Assembly (NCBI GenBank): GCA_963623015.1
Contig: CAVFKS010000002.1
Location: 7-64,006 of the forward strand
Length of the DNA stretch: 64,000 nucleotides
Direction: 5' to 3'
DNA from: Clostridia bacterium
Lineage (GTDB): Bacteria; Actinomycetota; Actinomycetes; Mycobacteriales; Mycobacteriaceae
Shown piece after piece: positions 28,809 to 38,902 of the stretch (its first letter is position 1; every line of letters begins with the position of its first letter). Under the pieces are notes generated by a model, which worked only from the letters and a program-made list of their open reading frames with translations, was not told where the DNA came from and ran no database searches. A program made the position numbers and the translations under genes.

Positions 28809-29780
28809 GTGACCACGCACGCACCAAGCTTGGGTTATCTAGATCAGCGGGTAGAGGAATCGCTGCGCTTTGTGCGCGAGCGGTTCGCATCCACCAATAG
28901 TTTTTCCGACGCGCCCCTGTTTAACGCCGCCATGGAGGTGCTGGAGACCAATGCGCTAGGCGGCAAGCATATCCGCCCGCGCCTGGTGCACATCGCCGCC
29001 GGGGACTGCGACGGCCAGGCGCGCGAGAGTGCCGTGGTCTTCGGGGCCGCGGTGGAGCTCCTCCACGCGGCCCTGCTGGTCCACGACGACGTCATCGACA
29101 ACGACCCCCTGCGCCGCGGCAAGGCCACGCTGCACGAGCGCGTCGTGGCCGAGGGCGGAGACCGCCACGTGGGCATGGCGGCGGCTATCCTGGCCGGGGA
29201 CATGGGGCTCATCGCCGTGTTCGAGACGCTGACCAGCGCGGTGCCGGACGCAGCCACGGCGCAGCGCGCCTGCGCCATGGTGGCCAGCGTTGCGGCGCAG
29301 ACAATCCACGGCGAGCTGCTGGACGTCTCGCACAAGCTGCACGATGACGCCACCCTGGAGACGGTCCGCGCCAGCAATTTCTTCAAGACCTCGTTGTATA
29401 CGTTTACCGCCCCGCTGCACTTGGGCGCGCTAGCCGCCGGCCGCGCCGACGCGGAAACCTTGGATGCTTTAACCGCGGTGGCCAACCCGCTGGGGCGGGC
29501 CTACCAGGCGGCGGATGACATCGCCGGCGTCGTGGGGCACGCCGCGGATACCGGCAAGGTTGCCGGCGGGGATCTCCACGAGGATCGCCGCACCCTGCTG
29601 ACCCTGCGGCTGAAGTCCATGCCCCTAGACCAGGCGGTGGCCGCCGTGGCCGCCGAGGCCCGCGAGCAGATAGCCGCCGCTAGTGTGGCCGCGGGCAACC
29701 GCCTGCTTACGCCTGTGACCCAGGCCGGCCTGCGCGCCGTGATTGCCAAAGTAGAAAGCTCACTCAACGCCTATGAATGA
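28809..29780 (+). CDS. crtE: Geranylgeranyl pyrophosphate synthase
   Basis: GGKHIRP, HDDVIDND..RRG, FKT, YQAADD. Confidence 0.9.
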   Translation: MTTHAPSLGYLDQRVEESLRFVRERFASTNSFSDAPLFNAAMEVLETNALGGKHIRPRLVHIAAGDCDGQARESAVVFGAAVELLHAALLVHDDVIDNDPLRRGKATLHERVVAEGGDRHVGMAAAILAGDMGLIAVFETLTSAVPDAATAQRACAMVASVAAQTIHGELLDVSHKLHDDATLETVRASNFFKTSLYTFTAPLHLGALAAGRADAETLDALTAVANPLGRAYQAADDIAGVVGHAADTGKVAGGDLHEDRRTLLTLRLKSMPLDQAVAAVAAEAREQIAAASVAAGNRLLTPVTQAGLRAVIAKVESSLNAYE

Positions 29781-30645
29781 TTACCTCGCCCGCTATGACG
29801 CCATGGCTGACCGGGCTGCCGCGGCGGTCATCGGCCAGTATTCGACCAGTTTTGGCATGTCCACCAACCTGCTGTCCCCGCGCATCCGGCGCGACATCCG
29901 CAACCTCTACGCGATGGTGCGCATCGCCGACGAGATCGTGGATGGCACCGCGGACGCGGCCGGCATCACCGATGTCGCGGCCGCGCTCGATGCCTACGAG
30001 GCCCAGATCCTCAAAGCCCCCGGCGTGCGCTTCCACACCGATCCGGTCGTGCACGCCTATGCGCAGACCGCGCGGCGCTGCCGCTTCGATGACGAGCACG
30101 TGGCGGCCTTCTTCCGCTCCATGCGCCGGGATCTCACTCAGACCGAGTACACGGACGAGTCCCTGGAGGACTATATCTACGGCTCCGCGGAGGTCATCGG
30201 GCTGTTATGCCTGGCGGTCTTCTATGCGGAGGAGGAGCTTAGCGAATCAACTCGCGCGGAGTTAGAACACGGCGCGCGCAGCCTGGGGGCGGCCTTCCAG
30301 AAGATCAATTTCCTGCGTGACCTGCGGGAGGACACCCAGGGGCTGGGCCGCAGCTACTTCGCCTCCTCCGCGCAGCGGCTTGACGATGCCGCCAAGGATG
30401 AGAGCGTGGCCAGCATTCGCGCCGATCTCGCCGCGGCGCGCCGGGTCATCCCGCAGCTGCCGCTTTCCGCCCGCGCCGGCGTGCTGGCTGCCACCGAGCT
30501 GTTTAGCGATCTCACCGACCGGCTTGCCGCGGCGCCGGCCGCCGAGCTGACCCAGCGCCGCTTTAGCGTGCCGGCCCACCGCAAGGCCGTGCTCATCGCC
30601 CGCGCCGTGGCGCGTGCACCCCGCCTGAAAGGACCCCAACAATGA
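29773..30645 (+). CDS. crtB: Phytoene synthase
   Basis: YSTSF, RIADEIVD, YIYGSAEVIG, FQKINFLRD. Confidence 0.95.
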   Translation: MNDYLARYDAMADRAAAAVIGQYSTSFGMSTNLLSPRIRRDIRNLYAMVRIADEIVDGTADAAGITDVAAALDAYEAQILKAPGVRFHTDPVVHAYAQTARRCRFDDEHVAAFFRSMRRDLTQTEYTDESLEDYIYGSAEVIGLLCLAVFYAEEELSESTRAELEHGARSLGAAFQKINFLRDLREDTQGLGRSYFASSAQRLDDAAKDESVASIRADLAAARRVIPQLPLSARAGVLAATELFSDLTDRLAAAPAAELTQRRFSVPAHRKAVLIARAVARAPRLKGPQQ

Positions 30646-32219
30646 CCCAACCCCGCTCCGCCCTCGTGATTGGCGCCGGCGTGGCCGGCCTGGCCACCGC
30701 GGGCCTGCTGGCCAAGCGCGGCATCGAGGTGACTGTCGTGGAGAAGAACGCCCACGTCGGCGGCCGCGTGGATGAGATCACCGTGGACGGCTTCCGGTTT
30801 GAGACCGGACCCTCCTGGTACCTCATGCCCGAGGCCTTCGATCATTTCTTTGAGCTGATGGGCACCACAACCGACCAGGAGCTGGACCTGCAGTTGTTGG
30901 ATCCCGGCTACCGCGTCTTTCCGGAGGGCCTGGATCCGGTGGACGTGCCGGCCGGGGAGGAGGCCGCCGTGGCGCTCTTCGAGTCGCTGGAGCCGGGCGC
31001 GGGCCAGGCCCTGCGCGAGTACCTGCGCAGCGCCGAGGAGATTTACCAGATCGCCCTCGACCGCTTTTTGTACACGACCTTTTCCTCGCTGCGCCCCTTC
31101 CTGCACCGGGACGTCACCGGCAATGCCGTGCGCCTGGTGGGCCTGCTGTTGCGCTCGCTGAAGAACTTCGTGGACGAGCGCTTTAGCGACCACCGCCTGC
31201 GCCAGATCCTGCAGTACCCCGCGGTCTTCCTTTCCTCGCGCCCGGCCCAGGCGCCGAGCATGTACCACCTGATGAGCCACACCGACATCACCCAGGGCGT
31301 GCACTACCTGCAGGGTGGCTTTAGTTCGATCGTTGCCGCCCTGGAGCGGCTGGCCCGCGAGCACGGCGTCAACTTCCGCATGGGTGCCGAGGCCACCGCG
31401 ATTCTCACGGAGTCCGGCCGGGCGCGCGGGGTGCGCGTGGTCACCGATGCCGGCGCGGGCTCCGAGACCCAAGAACTCTTCGCCGATATTGTGGTGGGCG
31501 CAGGCGACCTCTACCACCTGGAAAACTCCCTGCTGCCGGCGGATCAGCGCACGTACCCCAAGCGCTACTTCGCCGGGCGCGACCCGGGCCTGGGCGTGGT
31601 GCTGGCCCTCGTCGGCGTCGAGGGGGAGATTCCGGAACTCGCGCACCACACGTTGATGTTTTCCAAGGACTGGGAACGCGACTTCGCGGTGGTCTACGAC
31701 GGCCCGCAGGACAGCCGGCCAACGGGGGCCTCGCGGTCCATCTACATCTGCAAGCCCTCGGCTACCGATGCCTCCGTGGCCCCGGCCGGCTGCGAGAACC
31801 TCTTCGTCCTCATCCCCGTCGCGGCCGACCCCACGCTCGGACACGGGGACGCCTACACCGGGCAGGCTAGCGCGGCGGTGCAACAGATCGTGGATGAGAC
31901 CCTCGATCACATCGCGGCCACCGCCGGCATCGCGGATCTGCGCGAGCGCATCAAAGTGCTGCGCTCCATTGGCCCGGCCGACTTCGCGGACCGCTACTTC
32001 TCCTGGTCGGGCGGGGCGATTGGCCCGGCGCACGTGCTGCGCCAGTCTGCTTTCTTCCGTGGCCGCAACGCCTCGCGCAAGGTGGAGGGCCTCTACTACG
32101 CGGGCCAGACCACCGTGCCGGGCGTGGGCGTGCCGATGTGCCTCATCTCGGCCGAGAACGTGCTCAAGCGCCTGGATGGCAACTCCGATGGCGCGCCCCT
32201 GGGGAGCGTAGATGGGTAG
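30642..32219 (+). CDS. crtI: Phytoene desaturase
   Basis: VIGAGVAG FAD motif, FETGPSWYLMP, TVPGVGVPMCLISA. Confidence 0.96.
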   Translation: MTQPRSALVIGAGVAGLATAGLLAKRGIEVTVVEKNAHVGGRVDEITVDGFRFETGPSWYLMPEAFDHFFELMGTTTDQELDLQLLDPGYRVFPEGLDPVDVPAGEEAAVALFESLEPGAGQALREYLRSAEEIYQIALDRFLYTTFSSLRPFLHRDVTGNAVRLVGLLLRSLKNFVDERFSDHRLRQILQYPAVFLSSRPAQAPSMYHLMSHTDITQGVHYLQGGFSSIVAALERLAREHGVNFRMGAEATAILTESGRARGVRVVTDAGAGSETQELFADIVVGAGDLYHLENSLLPADQRTYPKRYFAGRDPGLGVVLALVGVEGEIPELAHHTLMFSKDWERDFAVVYDGPQDSRPTGASRSIYICKPSATDASVAPAGCENLFVLIPVAADPTLGHGDAYTGQASAAVQQIVDETLDHIAATAGIADLRERIKVLRSIGPADFADRYFSWSGGAIGPAHVLRQSAFFRGRNASRKVEGLYYAGQTTVPGVGVPMCLISAENVLKRLDGNSDGAPLGSVDG

Positions 32220-32520
32220 CCTGTACCTGCTTTCCCTGGTCACGGTGATCATCTGCATGGGCCTGTGCGACTGGCGCTGGAAGCTGGCCTTCTTTGCTCA
32301 CCCGGCCCGCGCCGCGCTGATTAGCGTGACTCTCGTGGTGGCCTTTTTGGTCTGGGATGCGCTCGGCATTGCCACCGGCACCTTCTTCCGCGGGGAGGCC
32401 TCCTATATGACGGGAATCCTGTTGGCCCCGGAGATGCCCCTCGAGGAGCCCGTGTTCTTGTTCTTCCTGGTCTATCTGATCCTGAACCTGACCTCCGGGG
32501 CAAGGAGGCTGCTGCGATGA
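32212..32520 (+). CDS. crtYe: C50 carotenoid cyclase subunit
   Basis: DWRWKLAFF, WD..GI, MPLEEPVFL. Confidence 0.85.
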   Translation: MGSLYLLSLVTVIICMGLCDWRWKLAFFAHPARAALISVTLVVAFLVWDALGIATGTFFRGEASYMTGILLAPEMPLEEPVFLFFLVYLILNLTSGARRLLR

Positions 32521-32858
32521 CCTACCTGTTGATTTCCCTGCCCTTCCTCCTCGTTGCCGCCGGCACGTGGTGGTGGCGCCGCGGCCGCTACCCGCGGCAG
32601 GGCCAAGTGACGCTGGCCGTCCTGGCCGTGGTGCTGGTGTTGACCGTCATCTTCGACAACCTGATGATTGCCTTCGGCAACGTCGACTACGGCAGCGACC
32701 AGAACCTAGGCATCTACTTGGGGCTGGTTCCCATCGAGGATCTGTTCTATCCGCTTTTTGCCACGCTCATCATCACGGCCGTGTGGCCGCCCCGAAAGGA
32801 CAAGAATGCAACTGCTGCGCGTCATCCTAGCGGCGTCTCGCCCGATCAGCTGGATTAA
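32517..32858 (+). CDS. crtYf: C50 carotenoid cyclase subunit
   Basis: LTVIFDNLMI, PIEDLFY. Confidence 0.85.
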   Translation: MTYLLISLPFLLVAAGTWWWRRGRYPRQGQVTLAVLAVVLVLTVIFDNLMIAFGNVDYGSDQNLGIYLGLVPIEDLFYPLFATLIITAVWPPRKDKNATAARHPSGVSPDQLD

Positions 32859-33669
32859 TACCGCCTTCCCCTTCGCCGCCGCCTACCTGCTCAGCGGCGG
32901 CGGGGTTACCTGGCAGCTGGTCGTGGGCACGGTCTTCTTCCTGATTCCCTATAACATCGCCATCTACGGCATCAACGACGTCTTCGACTACGAGTCGGAC
33001 CTGCGCAACCCGCGCAAGGGCGGCATCGAGGGCTCCGTGCTCCACCCGTGCTGGCACCGCCCGGTGCTCGCGGCCTCCGCGTGGACGACGATCCCGTTCC
33101 TCGTTGCGCTCGTGTTGGACGGGACGTGGACTGCGACGGCCTGGTTGGCGGTGTCCATGTTCTCGGTGGTGGCCTATTCCTACCGGGGCCTGCGTTTTAA
33201 GGAGCGCCCCGTGCTGGACTCGGTGACCTCGTCGGCGCACTTCGTCACGCCTGCCTTGGTGGGCGCCACCTTGGTGGACCCGTCCCCGGGCGGACAGTTC
33301 TGGGCGGGCATCGGCGCGTTCTTCCTGTGGGGCATGGCCTCCCACGCCTTCGGCGCCGTCCAAGACATTCAAGCCGATCGCGCGGGCGGGCTAACCTCCA
33401 TCGCCACGGAGTTGGGCGCCCGCCTGGTTACGCGCCTTACGGCCGCCTGCTACGCGGTGGCCGCGGGCCTGCTGCTATTTCTGCCGGGAATGGCCTGGCT
33501 CATTGCGCTGGTGGGCCTCGGCTACGTGGCCAACACCGCGCGTTTCTGGAACGTCACCGACGCCACCTGCGAAGACACCCGCCGGGGCTGGCGGGTGTTC
33601 CTCTGGCTCAACTACCTGGTGGGCGCGCTGGTGACCATCGCGCTTATCACCGGCGGGGGCCAAGTATGA
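32806..33669 (+). CDS. crtEb: Lycopene elongase (UbiA-family prenyltransferase)
   Basis: SRPISWINTAFPF, YGINDVFDYESDLRNPRKGG, AVQDIQADRAGG. Confidence 0.93.
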   Translation: MQLLRVILAASRPISWINTAFPFAAAYLLSGGGVTWQLVVGTVFFLIPYNIAIYGINDVFDYESDLRNPRKGGIEGSVLHPCWHRPVLAASAWTTIPFLVALVLDGTWTATAWLAVSMFSVVAYSYRGLRFKERPVLDSVTSSAHFVTPALVGATLVDPSPGGQFWAGIGAFFLWGMASHAFGAVQDIQADRAGGLTSIATELGARLVTRLTAACYAVAAGLLLFLPGMAWLIALVGLGYVANTARFWNVTDATCEDTRRGWRVFLWLNYLVGALVTIALITGGGQV

Positions 33670-33775
33670 GGTGCGGGCTGGATCGCCTAGCTCTTGACCT
33701 AGCAACCTCACCATAAACGGGGGTGTCCTTTGAGGGAAGGAATCATTTTTTGCGTTGAGCCTGTAAACTAGTCGG

Positions 33776-33825
33776 CAACAGTCCCCCTGCAAAGCCTCTC
33801 GAAGACGCGCAACCAGGGGTCCTTC
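33776..33825 (+). ncRNA. Candidate structured leader RNA upstream of the Abi-like gene
   Basis: -10 TAAACT at 33764-33769; CCCCTG(33784)/CAGGGG(33814) closing stem with inner GC/GC and TCT/AGA pairs. Confidence 0.4.
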
Positions 33826-33848
33826 TCTATCTTGTATCTGGTGATTTC

Positions 33849-35018
33849 TTGTCGACTTCCCCACACCTCCCGAAGAAAGAGCAGAAGCTCAACTACCTTG
33901 GCGACAAGGGATACCTCGGCTCTGCTCAATTGACCGATGCACAAGTTGAGATGTTGTCAAACGTCAATTTTCACTATTTTCTCGGATACGCCAGAAACTA
34001 TGGCATGCTTCACGACCGAGGAATTTTCACCGGAGATCGCGACCCTCAGCATGTTTTCGACTTGATTTCTTTAGACCAAGAAGTTGTAACCTGTCTGTTC
34101 GATTTGATCCGACAGGCTGAGCTCAATCTTCGTAATCGTACGGTTGACTTCTTCTGTTCGAATGGGGATCCAACAAGTTATCTTGATGAATCTCATTTAG
34201 AAAAGCAGTGCCTCGAAATAGATGAGCGACAGTTAGTTTCTGGCATGCTCAAAGAAATCTTTCGCTACGGCGAGGATTTCGTTATTAGGGCTCTAGAGGA
34301 AAAGGCTAAATCAATTGGCAAGAAGAAGCCCAAGCGATATTCTCCGCAAGATCACGACCTTTGCTTAACTCTAGCTTCCGATCTCCCCATCTGGTCGGTT
34401 ATCGACAGCTTTTCACTAGGTCAGCTCGGTAAGTTTGTGATGGCATGCGACGCCCACGTAGAAGACTATCAGAGTAGAACTTGGAGGCAACTCGCGGACA
34501 GTCTGGGGATGAAGGCAAAAGTGTTTTCCAGCGGTATCGAGTCCTTATCGAACACTCGTAACCTGATCTGTCACCACGCTAGGCTTTGGATGCGCCCTGC
34601 GAATCATTCTCCTAAGAAGCCGAAAATGTTCGAAAAGCAGCTGCGGGGTGTAGATCCCAAATCCCAGTTGATGGCATTCGCAAATGTTGCTCACTTCCAG
34701 CAAACTTCAGAAAAGCGAGCAGCTTTCCAAGCCATTCTTGACCTAGTCGAAAGCAATAAATGTACTGCTACGGGATCTCGCAAACCTCGCACAGAGAACG
34801 TGGATCTTGACCTCAGGGCGGTGAGAATCCACGATGTGTTTAACTTAAACACTCCGACCTGGCTAGGGCTCGAAGGGGAGCTGAATACTTCGAGCCCGGC
34901 GTCAGCTCGTTCGGGGACTTCTAAGCGATGCAGTGTGAGCCGTGAAACCTTGGAGCAGTCATTGTGGGGAACTGGATTGAGGCTGCTCTGGCCATCCGCT
35001 GGCGCAAGTTATTCGTGA
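33849..35018 (+). CDS. Abi-like (Abi_2, AbiD/AbiF family) HEPN protein; likely frameshifted near the C-terminus (probable true end 34810)
   Basis: LSNVNFHYFLGY, E..LR, LPIWSVIDSFSLGQL, HEPN motif RNLICHH; low GC island. Confidence 0.8.
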   Translation: MSTSPHLPKKEQKLNYLGDKGYLGSAQLTDAQVEMLSNVNFHYFLGYARNYGMLHDRGIFTGDRDPQHVFDLISLDQEVVTCLFDLIRQAELNLRNRTVDFFCSNGDPTSYLDESHLEKQCLEIDERQLVSGMLKEIFRYGEDFVIRALEEKAKSIGKKKPKRYSPQDHDLCLTLASDLPIWSVIDSFSLGQLGKFVMACDAHVEDYQSRTWRQLADSLGMKAKVFSSGIESLSNTRNLICHHARLWMRPANHSPKKPKMFEKQLRGVDPKSQLMAFANVAHFQQTSEKRAAFQAILDLVESNKCTATGSRKPRTENVDLDLRAVRIHDVFNLNTPTWLGLEGELNTSSPASARSGTSKRCSVSRETLEQSLWGTGLRLLWPSAGASYS

Positions 35019-35046
35019 CTGTCCCAGGGATTAGCAGGACGGGGGA

Positions 35047-35583
35047 CTAAAAAGAAGAACCCTGTGCGAACTGTGCAATCTGGGCCTGGACGATCTGGGC
35101 CAGATCCGGCAGGCGCAGGGTTACATTGGCCACGGGGATCTGCACGTCGAAGGTGGGCTGGCCGGGGATGACGGCCACGGGGATGACCGGGCCGGCAGCC
35201 GGGGCGGGCGCGGGCTTGCCTGCGTTACTGGTGTTGCCGGCATTGCTTGCGTTGCTCTGGTTGCCAGCGTTGTTGGCAGCAGCATTGCCACCGGCGTTGC
35301 CGGTGGTGCCCGCCAGGCCGCAGCGGGCGACAGCTTCGTCGACGCGGGCGATGGTGGAGCGGATCTCGCCGCCGCGCGGGTGGAAGTTGGCGGCGGCCAG
35401 GGCCTGGCTCCTCTTGGAGTTGTAGTCGCCCGAGTTGGTCCAGTAGGCCTGGGCCTGCTCGCAGGAGATCTGGCCCGCCGGAACCTTGGCCAGGTAGTCG
35501 TCGACGATGTCGGCGGAGGCAACGGGGGCGGACAGAGCGAAAGCCGCGGCGGTGGCCGCGGAGGCGATGGCAAGTTTCTTCAT
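35047..35583 (-). CDS. Secreted hypothetical protein (Cys pair, Asn/Ala/Gly linker, C-terminal GSSF)
   Basis: MKKLAIASAA...ASA-D signal peptide; high-GC codon usage. Confidence 0.8.
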   Translation of the reverse strand: MKKLAIASAATAAAFALSAPVASADIVDDYLAKVPAGQISCEQAQAYWTNSGDYNSKRSQALAAANFHPRGGEIRSTIARVDEAVARCGLAGTTGNAGGNAAANNAGNQSNASNAGNTSNAGKPAPAPAAGPVIPVAVIPGQPTFDVQIPVANVTLRLPDLAQIVQAQIAQFAQGSSF

Positions 35584-35672
35584 GACGGCCATTGTTGCAC
35601 ACCCGCCCCACCTGCACCAGAGGCAACTGGCGCGGCGGAGCCCGGGGCCGGCGGTTCGGGGCAGAGGGGTGG

Positions 35673-36980
35673 CTAGGCCCCGGCGAGGAAGCGGTTGACT
35701 ACCCGCTCGTAGGCGGCGACGGTCAGGCGCAGGTCTTCCAAGTGGAGGGCCTCGTCGTGGCTGTGCAGCTGCGAGTTGGCCGCCGCCAGGGAACGTCCGG
35801 CGGCATGTAAGGCAAACCCGTAGGCGCAGCCGCCGGCGCGCCGGGCAAAGCGCAGGTCCGATCCGCCGGTGGCCAGGGTGGGCACCACCGGCCGGCCGGG
35901 GAAGAACTCCTCCACGGTGTCCACGAGGGTCTCCCATAGCGGGCCGGAGGTAGGAGAGGTTGTGGCGTCTTCGGTGATGAGGTGCTCGATATCAGCGCCG
36001 TGCTCGTCGATGCCGGCCGCGGCCAGGGCTTGGCGCAGGAAGCCGTCGACGTCGTCCTGGCTGTGCTCCGGCAGGGGGCGGATGTCGAGCTCTACCTGGG
36101 CTAAAGAGGGCAGCACGTTGATGGCGCCGCCGGCGCGCAGCACCGTCTGGGAGATGGTGGTGTGCGAAAAGGCGTGGGCAAAGGCCGCCAAGTCCCCGAA
36201 GGGGGCGTAGTCGCCGTCGGCGATGCGGGCGAGATCTTCGGCGCCGAAGGAGAAGGAGTCGCAGAATCCACGCCACAGGGCATCGGTGGCCACGGGGGTC
36301 TCCAGCTCGTCGAGGGCGGCGGCAAAACGCCCGGCTAAGGCGATGGCCTGCGCCTTGCCGTAGGGGGTAGAGCCGTGGCCGGCGTCGCCGTGGATGGAGA
36401 TCCGGCGCTGGGCCGCGCCCTTCTCCCCGACGATGATGGCCACCCCGCCCGGCAGGTGGCTGCCGCCGGTCTCCGACAGGCAGTTCTTCCAGGAAAAAGC
36501 GTCTGGGTGGTGCTGCGCAATCCACTTGGCGCCCAGGCCGCCGCGGGCCTCCTCGTCGGCCAGGCCTACGAAGGTGAGATCGCCGCCGGGGTTGCCGGCG
36601 CGGGCGACCTGGCGGGTCACCGCGGCCATGGTGGCGGTGATAAAGAGCATGTCCACGGCCCCGCGGCCGTAGAGGACGTCGTCCTCGATGACGGCATCGA
36701 AAGGCGGACGGGTCCACTTGTCCTCGTCCACGGGCACGACGTCGGTGTGGCCCAGCAGGGTCAGCGGCTCCTTGGCCGGGTCGCCCGGGACGGTGAAGGC
36801 GATGGAGACTCGGTGGGGGTGCGGCTCGAAGCGCTGGACCACCACGTCGGTGCCGGCGAAGAATTCGGCCAGCGTGTCGGCGTTGCGTTCCTCGAACCCG
36901 GAGTCGGGCGTCAAGTCGTTGACGCAGGCGTTGCGGATGAGGTCACGCAGCAGGGCCAGGGTGTCATCGTAGAGGCTCAT
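35673..36980 (-). CDS. M20/M25/M40 family metallopeptidase
   Basis: GHTDVVP, GRGAVDM, ADEEA, HSHDE. Confidence 0.92.
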   Translation of the reverse strand: MSLYDDTLALLRDLIRNACVNDLTPDSGFEERNADTLAEFFAGTDVVVQRFEPHPHRVSIAFTVPGDPAKEPLTLLGHTDVVPVDEDKWTRPPFDAVIEDDVLYGRGAVDMLFITATMAAVTRQVARAGNPGGDLTFVGLADEEARGGLGAKWIAQHHPDAFSWKNCLSETGGSHLPGGVAIIVGEKGAAQRRISIHGDAGHGSTPYGKAQAIALAGRFAAALDELETPVATDALWRGFCDSFSFGAEDLARIADGDYAPFGDLAAFAHAFSHTTISQTVLRAGGAINVLPSLAQVELDIRPLPEHSQDDVDGFLRQALAAAGIDEHGADIEHLITEDATTSPTSGPLWETLVDTVEEFFPGRPVVPTLATGGSDLRFARRAGGCAYGFALHAAGRSLAAANSQLHSHDEALHLEDLRLTVAAYERVVNRFLAGA

Positions 36981-37066
36981 GGATTATCACCCTACGCGCT
37001 CATAACGGGTGCGGGCCGAGGTGGGCAGGGGCGGATCTGGCGGTTGAGGGGGCGAAAGTGCCAATT

Positions 37067-37083
37067 CTTGAACGCCGTTCAAG
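37067..37083. promoter_or_regulatory. BioQ operator
   Basis: CTTGAAC-GCC-GTTCAAG contains TGAAC-N3-GTTCA and abuts the -10 TATGCT of bioB. Confidence 0.88.
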
Positions 37084-37095
37084 TATGCTTCGCGC

Positions 37096-38076
37096 ATGAG
37101 CATTTTAGATATTGCACGCGATAAAGCCCTCGAGCGCGGGCAGGGCCTGGGCGAGGCCGAGCTGCTCGAGGTCCTCCAGGTTCCGGACAACCAGCTCGAG
37201 GAGCTGGCCGACATCGCCCACCGCACCCGCCTGAAGTGGTGCGGCCCGGAGGTCTCCGTGGAGGGGATCATCTCAATCAAGACCGGCGGGTGCCCCGAGG
37301 ACTGCCACTTCTGTTCGCAGTCTGGGCGCTTTGACTCCCCGGTGCGCGCCGCCCGCCTCGACATCGCCGAGCTGGTCGAGGCCGCGCAGAAGACCGCCAA
37401 GACGGGCGCCACGGAGTTCTGCATCGTCGCCGCGGTCAAGGGCCCGGATGAGAGTCTGCTGGACCAGGTGGGCCAGGCGATTGCCGCCATCAACGACGCC
37501 GTCGACATCGAGATCTCCTGCTCGCTGGGCACGCTCACGCGAGAGCAGGCCCTGTGCCTCAAGGAGATGGGCGCGCAGCGCTATAACCACAACCTGGAGA
37601 CGGCCCGCTCCTTCTTCCCGCAGGTGGTCACCACGCACACCTGGGAGGAGCGCCGCGCCACCCTGAACTACGTGCGCGAGGCGGGCATGGAGATCTGCTC
37701 GGGCGGCATCCTCGGCATGGGCGAGACCCTGGCCCAGCGCGCCGAGTTTGCCTATCAGCTGGCACAGCTGGACCCGTGCGAGGTGCCCATGAACTTCCTG
37801 GACCCGCGCCCGGGCACCCCGTTTGCGGACCGCCCGCTGGTCCCGCTGGGGGAGGGCCTGCGCGCGGTGGCGGCCTTCCGCTTGGCGATGCCGGCGGTGA
37901 CCTTGAGGTTTGCCGGCGGCCGCGAGCTCTCGCTGGGCGACGACGGCACGGAGCGCGGCCTGCTGGGTGGCATCAACGCGATCATCGCCGGCAACTACCT
38001 GACCACCCTGGGCCGCCAGATCGAAAAGGACGTGGACATGCTCGGCCGCATCGACCTGCCCATCAAGGCGCTATGA
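37096..38076 (+). CDS. bioB: Biotin synthase
   Basis: [11 protein letters not shown] radical SAM motif, [23 protein letters not shown]. Confidence 0.98.
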   Translation: MSILDIARDKALERGQGLGEAELLEVLQVPDNQLEELADIAHRTRLKWCGPEVSVEGIISIKTGGCPEDCHFCSQSGRFDSPVRAARLDIAELVEAAQKTAKTGATEFCIVAAVKGPDESLLDQVGQAIAAINDAVDIEISCSLGTLTREQALCLKEMGAQRYNHNLETARSFFPQVVTTHTWEERRATLNYVREAGMEICSGGILGMGETLAQRAEFAYQLAQLDPCEVPMNFLDPRPGTPFADRPLVPLGEGLRAVAAFRLAMPAVTLRFAGGRELSLGDDGTERGLLGGINAIIAGNYLTTLGRQIEKDVDMLGRIDLPIKAL

Positions 38077-38348
38077 GCGGCGGGCGGGCGACGGCCGGCG
38101 CAGAAACGGAGCTCGCCGCGGCGGTGCTGGCCGGTGAGGAGCCGGCATTCCACCCGAACACCGGGGAGCCCTCCGGCTCGGCCGCGCACCTTCACCCGGC
38201 GGCCGCGGCGGGCCTAGACGTGCCGCGGTACTGCCAGTTATGCGGGCGGCGCATGGTAGTCCAGGTGCGCCCGGATGGCTGGAATGCCTGGTGCGCGCGC
38301 CACGGGGAGCTCGACTCCGACTGGCTCTATGTAGAGCGCCTGCCCTAA
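38073..38348 (+). CDS. bsaP: Biotin synthase auxiliary protein (Rv1590-like)
   Basis: [32 protein letters not shown]-coupled to bioB. Confidence 0.88.
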   Translation: MSGGRATAGAETELAAAVLAGEEPAFHPNTGEPSGSAAHLHPAAAAGLDVPRYCQLCGRRMVVQVRPDGWNAWCARHGELDSDWLYVERLP

Positions 38349-38386
38349 TCCGGCGGCACCTGGGCTAGGTGCCCAGCGCAATTGCC

Positions 38387-38842
38387 CTATTTATTCCAGA
38401 TTGGGTTGAGTCCCGGCAGGAACCAGACGAGTAAGCCCACGAAGCTGGCGATGCCGAGCGCGCCGGGCAGCGCCAGGGACTCCGGCAGGAACCAGAAGCC
38501 CGTGGCGCAGGCGGCAATGGCTGCGAGCAGGAAGATGGGCAGGGCCCAGTTGAGCTTGAGCCGGGAGGCTGCGCGGTACTCCGCCCAGTCCTGATCGGGG
38601 AAGCGGCTGCGAGCCTCGGCGCGCACGCGCCGGCGCGTCTGATTGGACTGCAGGAAGGCTGCGAGCACCACCAGGCCTAGGCCGACGCCGGCGATGACGA
38701 CGTCGGCGCGCACCGCCCCGAAGGCCAGGATGGCAAACGCCACGGTTAAAGAGAGGCGCTCGGAGGCGCTGAGGGGTAGACCTTTGGTTGGGTCCACGTC
38801 GGGGTAGAGGGTGGCAAAGGCGGTGGTGGTGACCGCAGGCAT
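38387..38842 (-). CDS. Hypothetical membrane protein
   Basis: Four hydrophobic segments; AAGGAAG RBS. Confidence 0.7.
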   Translation of the reverse strand: MPAVTTTAFATLYPDVDPTKGLPLSASERLSLTVAFAILAFGAVRADVVIAGVGLGLVVLAAFLQSNQTRRRVRAEARSRFPDQDWAEYRAASRLKLNWALPIFLLAAIAACATGFWFLPESLALPGALGIASFVGLLVWFLPGLNPIWNK

Positions 38843-38902
38843 CGGGCTTCCTTCGTTACTGGCGGGTGGATTTCCGGGGGATTGGGGGTGATTCTTGAGC
38901 GG

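Noticed and set aside
32517..33669. crtYf-crtEb fusion gene
   Set aside because: The two are in different frames and crtEb has its own GAAAGGA RBS and ATG
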